Below are positions 59,481 through 64,000 of a stretch of 64,000 nt of DNA, piece after piece; positions within the stretch are counted from its first letter, which is position 1, and every line of letters begins with the position of its first letter. The notes under the pieces were generated by a model that was not told where the DNA came from, did no database searches, and saw nothing but the letters and a program-made list of their open reading frames with translations. The DNA is from Promethearchaeota archaeon (GTDB lineage: Archaea; Asgardarchaeota; Lokiarchaeia; Sigyniarchaeales; SOKP01): the NCBI GenBank assembly GCA_048940925.1, contig JBHLOC010000012.1:1-64000 (forward strand). The letters run 5' to 3'. Both the position numbers and the translations under genes were made by a program.

Positions 59481-60287
59481 ATGAATCACGATAAAATAAA
59501 AGTCGCTCTGATTACTGGCAGTACTCATGGGATTGGAAAAGCAATAGCTTTAGAGCTAGCAAAAATTGGGTTTTCAGTAGTAATCAATGGGGCATCAACA
59601 AAGGAATTATCAGAAGATTATAAAAATACCCTTAATGAAATTTTCAAAAATGATGTCAAAGATAAATACATTTATATTCAAGCTGACGTAAGTAACGGAG
59701 AAGATCGTCAAGAAATGATTTCTAGAATTAAGCAAAAATTTAACAGAATAGATGTTTTGGTAAATAATGCGGGAGTAGGACCAATTAAAAGGGGAGATCT
59801 TTTAGAAGTGACTGAAAAATCATATGATAGAGTAATGGATATTAATCTAAAAGGTCCTTTTTTCTTGACTCAAGCAATTGCAAAATGGATGATTGAGCTT
59901 AAAAAGAAAATAAAAGATAATTTTCATCCCTCTATTATAAATATTTCTTCTATAAATCGATATACCGCTTCTTTAAATAGAGGAGAGTATTGTATTTCTA
60001 AAGCAGGAATGCGAATGATGACGCAATTATTTGCTGTAAGATTAGCCGATTTTGAAATTCCCACATATGAGATATCCCCCGGTATTATTAAAACACCTTT
60101 AACAGAACCAAAGAACATATCAGAAAGATATGATAAATTAATTAGTGAAGGAATTTCCCCTATCAAAAGATGGGGTGAACCAATTGATATAGCTAAACCT
60201 GTAATAGCAATTGTTCAGGGTTTATTACCATTCTCGACAGGTGCGGTTTTAGATATAGATGGTGGTTTTCATATACACCGTTTATAA
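59481..60287 (+). CDS. SDR oxidoreductase (FabG-like, probably sugar-acting)
   Basis: TGSTHGIG, NNAGV, INISS, YCISK, PGII.T, IDGG. Confidence 0.92.
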   Translation: MNHDKIKVALITGSTHGIGKAIALELAKIGFSVVINGASTKELSEDYKNTLNEIFKNDVKDKYIYIQADVSNGEDRQEMISRIKQKFNRIDVLVNNAGVGPIKRGDLLEVTEKSYDRVMDINLKGPFFLTQAIAKWMIELKKKIKDNFHPSIINISSINRYTASLNRGEYCISKAGMRMMTQLFAVRLADFEIPTYEISPGIIKTPLTEPKNISERYDKLISEGISPIKRWGEPIDIAKPVIAIVQGLLPFSTGAVLDIDGGFHIHRL

Positions 60288-60301
60288 AGGATGAGGTTAA
60301 A

Positions 60302-62326
60302 ATGGAGGATAAAAAAGTAGCTCTTAAGGATTTAGATATTAAAGAATATAATGCTATCATTATTGGTTCTGGAGCAGCAGGATTAAATTGTGCTCTTCAT
60401 TTAATTATGGAAGGAATTCCATCTGATGATGTAGCAATTGTTACTGACAATTTAGGTGGTGGAACTTCCTTTAATGCAGGTTCTGATAAGCAAACTTATT
60501 ATAAAATGTCTATTTATGGAGATCAGACTGATTCACCTTATAATTTAGCTAAAGATCTCTATTCCGGAGGGGCAATGCATGGTGATATAGCTTTAATTGA
60601 AGCTACAAATTCAATAAGAGAATTTTTTCATCTAGTTCAATTAGGTGTTCCTTTTCCATATGATAAATTTGGTGGATTTGTTGGATATAAAACAGATAAT
60701 GATCCAAGACAGCGAGCTACATCAATAGGCCCATTAACTTCACGAGAAATGGGTAAACGTTTATTAAAAGCTGTCCAAGGAAATAGTATTAAAATTTATG
60801 ATAAATTTTATGCGATAAAACTAATCATTGATGATAGTAGTGAAAAACCGGAAGTGTGTGGTGTAATATGTATTAATACAGACTTATTGTCCCAAGGTAA
60901 AAGCTTAAAGAATTTTTCAGATTCAATACAAATCTTTAAAGCAAGAAATATCATAATAGCTACTGGTGGTCCTGCTATACTATACAAGAATTCTGTCTAT
61001 CCTAAATCGCAAACGGGAACAACAAGTTTAGTTATCGAAGCAGGATGTAAACTTCAAAATTTAACTGAATCACAATTTGGAATAGCATCAACCAAGTTCC
61101 GCTGGAATCTCTCCGGATCATATCAACAAGTAATCCCAAGATATTTTTCTCGGGATGAAACTGGCATAGAAAGGGAATTTCTTTATGAGATATTTCCCTC
61201 TTTTAAAGAACTTTCAAGAGCTATATTTTTGAAAGGATATCAATGGTCATTTAATTCTATAAGAATTGATAATTTTGGCTCATCATTAATAGATCTAGCA
61301 GTATATCATGAATCAGAAAAGTTGAATAGGCATGTGTTTTTAGATTTCACTCAAAATCCTAAAGACTATAATTATAACGATCTATTCAAAGGAGCAAAAG
61401 AGTATTTAATTAAATCTAATGCATTAGGAGATTCTCCTATTGAACGTCTGAGTAAATTGAATGACCAAGCAATTTTAATATATAAAAACAATAATATCAA
61501 TCTAGCTTCAGAACCTCTTGAAATTGCGGTTTGTAACCAACACCTAAATGGTGGTGTATCCTGTGATATATGGTGGGAAACAACCACTGTAAAGCACCTC
61601 TTTGCTGTTGGAGAAATTAATGGTAGTCACGGAATTTATAGACCTGGTGGAGCTGCATTAAACTCAGGACAAGTGGGAGGATTAAGAGCTGCTCAAAAAA
61701 TAATACAAATATATAGTAATATTCCTTCAATAAATCCTTCAAGATTTCAACATAAGGTAAAAAAAGAAATAACTGAAATATTAAGTAGAATTTCACAAAT
61801 TTTAAAAAATGATCCTTCTAAATCTGAAAATTTTCTCACACCTGAAAGACTCTTAAGTCAAATTCAAAATGGAATGACAAAATATGGATCAATCATCCGT
61901 CCTTTAAAAAATCTTAAAAAAGCAATTTCCAAGGTTCAATTTCAATTAGATAATATAAAGAACTTACTTGCTATCAATACAAATATTGAAATCGTGGATT
62001 TTTTTAGAGTTAGAGATGCTCTTGTTACACAATTATTCTTTTTAAAAACACTATTAGATTATCATCTCTCATTTGGGAGAAGCAGAGGATCATACTTGAT
62101 TTTAAGAGATAACTTAAATGAATCATTATCAGAGTTTTATATTGTACCTCCTGATAAACTAAAGGAATACAAATTTATACATAATAACATGAATTTATCA
62201 AAAAAAATCCAAACAATTCAATTAAAAAATGGTCAAATATTTATCGAATGGGAAGATATAAGAGATGTTCCTACTGAGTTTGGATGGTTTGAAAACATAT
62301 GGAAAGAATTTTACAAAAACAAATAA
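60302..62326 (+). CDS. SdhA/FrdA/NadB-fold FAD-binding oxidoreductase, stand-alone
   Basis: IIGSGAAG, GTS..AGSDKQTYY, ATGG, QFG, QHLNGG, LFAVGE..G.HG..RPGG.AL, SRGS. Confidence 0.85.
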   Translation: MEDKKVALKDLDIKEYNAIIIGSGAAGLNCALHLIMEGIPSDDVAIVTDNLGGGTSFNAGSDKQTYYKMSIYGDQTDSPYNLAKDLYSGGAMHGDIALIEATNSIREFFHLVQLGVPFPYDKFGGFVGYKTDNDPRQRATSIGPLTSREMGKRLLKAVQGNSIKIYDKFYAIKLIIDDSSEKPEVCGVICINTDLLSQGKSLKNFSDSIQIFKARNIIIATGGPAILYKNSVYPKSQTGTTSLVIEAGCKLQNLTESQFGIASTKFRWNLSGSYQQVIPRYFSRDETGIEREFLYEIFPSFKELSRAIFLKGYQWSFNSIRIDNFGSSLIDLAVYHESEKLNRHVFLDFTQNPKDYNYNDLFKGAKEYLIKSNALGDSPIERLSKLNDQAILIYKNNNINLASEPLEIAVCNQHLNGGVSCDIWWETTTVKHLFAVGEINGSHGIYRPGGAALNSGQVGGLRAAQKIIQIYSNIPSINPSRFQHKVKKEITEILSRISQILKNDPSKSENFLTPERLLSQIQNGMTKYGSIIRPLKNLKKAISKVQFQLDNIKNLLAINTNIEIVDFFRVRDALVTQLFFLKTLLDYHLSFGRSRGSYLILRDNLNESLSEFYIVPPDKLKEYKFIHNNMNLSKKIQTIQLKNGQIFIEWEDIRDVPTEFGWFENIWKEFYKNK

Positions 62327-62337
62327 TATGTTAAAAG

Positions 62338-62655
62338 ATGAATGGTTCTAATGACTTAAGGGAATTAATTTCTTTATCCAAAATAGGAGAAAAAATTTTT
62401 AAAATAAAAGATATGTATAATTTAAATCTAATATCTAATTTATCGAAAGAAGCGCATGATTTATATTTAATAAGAATGTCAATCTGTAATCAACTTCTTG
62501 AACAATTAGATAAAAAAGGCATAACTGTTGAGAAAATTAAAGATTTTATAGGAAATAAGCTGAAGCAAAATAGAGAACGGTTAAATAATGCAAAAAATGC
62601 TAATGAAACTAAATTCATTCAAATATCGATTAAAGAATGGGAGGATTTTTTGTAA
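62338..62655 (+). CDS. Hypothetical helical protein
   Basis: 105 codons with ATG, 11 nt after the flavoprotein stop. Confidence 0.6.
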   Translation: MNGSNDLRELISLSKIGEKIFKIKDMYNLNLISNLSKEAHDLYLIRMSICNQLLEQLDKKGITVEKIKDFIGNKLKQNRERLNNAKNANETKFIQISIKEWEDFL

Positions 62656-62676
62656 TTACTTTATTATTTATTTAAT

Positions 62677-64000
62677 TTAGCTCTTTTTTGTTCTTACATT
62701 CTCTATTAAGTCAATATCAAATTTTTTCCGTAGATTCCAGTAAATAATAATACTAATAGTAATAATAATCGATATGATGCTGATAATCCCAATTATAGTT
62801 AGTATAAAGGGATAGAACGTGTCTCCTGTCTTTTGATATCTAGAAGCTATAACGCTCGCATCATCCAGACAATAACTAGTTGTAGGCACTTGTGAATAAC
62901 CCATAGATATATGTGCAACATCAAGTCTATAAATTGGATCCTGCATTAAACAAACTCGTCTATCATGTGCAGGAATTAACGTCGTATAAATTCTTAATTC
63001 ACCTTCAACTGAGACGATTATTTCTTCCCTCCAATCCCCTAAAACATCGGCCCAAGCTACTTGATATCCTTCAATCCCTTCAAAGTGAGTAATATTTGTA
63101 TCGAAATCGAAGATTCTACCATTATATACTAATTCTCTTTGAGGATCTGAGTCCCAATAAACAGCCTTAGGTTGTAAACCAATATTAAATTTCTCTTCAT
63201 TCGCAATAAGAGTTCCATTTGCAGAATGTAACCATCTTTTAGGATAAACATCCTCTCCACTATAACATTCCATTCCTGGATAGGAGGGATCAATATCAGA
63301 AACTAATCCTTGACTATGAATGTGATAAGCTATCTCATCTATCCCCCATAGGACATCTCCGGTTGCAGCATCAACCATACATATTCCGTAGTCATATTTA
63401 GGAATAGGGTGGATAACGCCTTCAATCCCATAATATATCTCAAGTCCCGGATGTCCGGGGTCTATATCACCAACATAACAATGATCTGGATGTGATAAAC
63501 CTGTAGACCAAAGTCCTTTACCGTCTTCATCAATTACACAAGATCCTAGCACAATTTCGTCACAATTGTCAGAATCCACATCAGCAGTATGCATAAAATG
63601 AGCACCTTGACCATAATACATAAAAAAATTTTCTTGATTACTGTCCCATTGCCACAATTTTTCAAGATTATTACCATTCAAGTTAATTGCTTCAAGCCTC
63701 ATTATCCCATATGTCCCTCGTGCTACTAAAATGCTAGGATGGCAGCCATCTAAGTAAGCTACTCCAAGTTGGTTTCTAGAATTCCAACTGTAAACTTGTA
63801 AGTCACGTTTAAACCAATTAATATGAGTTATTTCATTACCAGATACTCCTTCCCAGATCGAAAGACATTCTGGACCATATTGAACACGTCCAGTAATATC
63901 TCGGTGATCACCCTTTCCAGTTTTAACTGCAATTTCAGCTTTATTATCTCCATCAAAATCATAGGCGATATAGGGAGAATACCAAATCCCTTGTTCAATA
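62677..64000 (-). CDS. PL11 rhamnogalacturonan lyase-like beta-propeller with C-terminal TM anchor (5' part outside window)
   Basis: Frame is open to the window edge (IEQGIWYSPYIAYDFDGDNKAEIAVKTG...AYLDG..PS..RGTY); GQGAH, DVDSDNCDEI, H.DH, GDIDP..PGLE, ADVLGDWREE, LMQDPIYR, YSQ.P. Confidence 0.88.
   Translation of the reverse strand, partial: IEQGIWYSPYIAYDFDGDNKAEIAVKTGKGDHRDITGRVQYGPECLSIWEGVSGNEITHINWFKRDLQVYSWNSRNQLGVAYLDGCHPSILVARGTYGIMRLEAINLNGNNLEKLWQWDSNQENFFMYYGQGAHFMHTADVDSDNCDEIVLGSCVIDEDGKGLWSTGLSHPDHCYVGDIDPGHPGLEIYYGIEGVIHPIPKYDYGICMVDAATGDVLWGIDEIAYHIHSQGLVSDIDPSYPGMECYSGEDVYPKRWLHSANGTLIANEEKFNIGLQPKAVYWDSDPQRELVYNGRIFDFDTNITHFEGIEGYQVAWADVLGDWREEIIVSVEGELRIYTTLIPAHDRRVCLMQDPIYRLDVAHISMGYSQVPTTSYCLDDASVIASRYQKTGDTFYPFILTIIGIISIISIIITISIIIYWNLRKKFDIDLIENVRTKKS

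Noticed and set aside
661-61587. Many short track ORFs antisense to or nested in long genes (e.g. 4067..4648, 31143..31454, 35822..36184, 54342..54560)
   Set aside because: Shadows of well-supported genes on the other strand or frame; no motifs.
1-64000. CRISPR arrays, tRNA/rRNA genes, IS elements, integrases
   Set aside because: No regularly spaced repeats, GC-rich structured-RNA islands, or transposase/recombinase motifs were recognised by eye.
1-64000. Selenocysteine or stop-codon recoding
   Set aside because: No gene appears interrupted by an in-frame TGA/TAG at a conserved position. The TGA at 54430 lies in the RBS upstream of the domain.

Overview
Very AT-rich, gene-dense prokaryotic window. 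It is most consistent with an Asgard archaeon of the Lokiarchaeia/Promethearchaeota type (inference from two archaeal TFB paralogues, a NosD-type surface protein, SCP2 and longin-like domains, C-terminal TM+basic-tail anchors and GGAGGT/GGTGA-type RBSs). No rRNA, tRNA, CRISPR array, integrase or transposase was recognised. The content is accessory and metabolic: (i) two closely related divergent TFBs 8 kb apart, with a doubly anchored Ntn-acylase, an ABC exporter and an AIF-like flavoprotein between them; (ii) a loose O2/NO/iron-stress neighbourhood (superoxide reductase, Hsp20, hemerythrin, FprA, encapsulin-type ferritin without shell, bacterial LDH, triple BON, flavodoxin, nitroreductases, MutM); (iii) cysE-cysK, with a Zn-finger CysE that keeps the CysK-docking tail; (iv) candidate eukaryote-signature architectures (CBS-longin fusion, p24/GOLD-like membrane protein); (v) several apparent pseudo-enzymes (GDPD, UbiA, M28, filter-less channel); (vi) decayed gene fragments in intergenic DNA; (vii) a 14 kb glycan-utilisation locus combining membrane-anchored lyase-like enzymes and a GH3 with two sugar dehydrogenases, ThuA and two ene-reductase-type flavoproteins. 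This last locus is my best candidate for an undescribed pathway. All family calls come from recognising motifs by eye; no searches were run.
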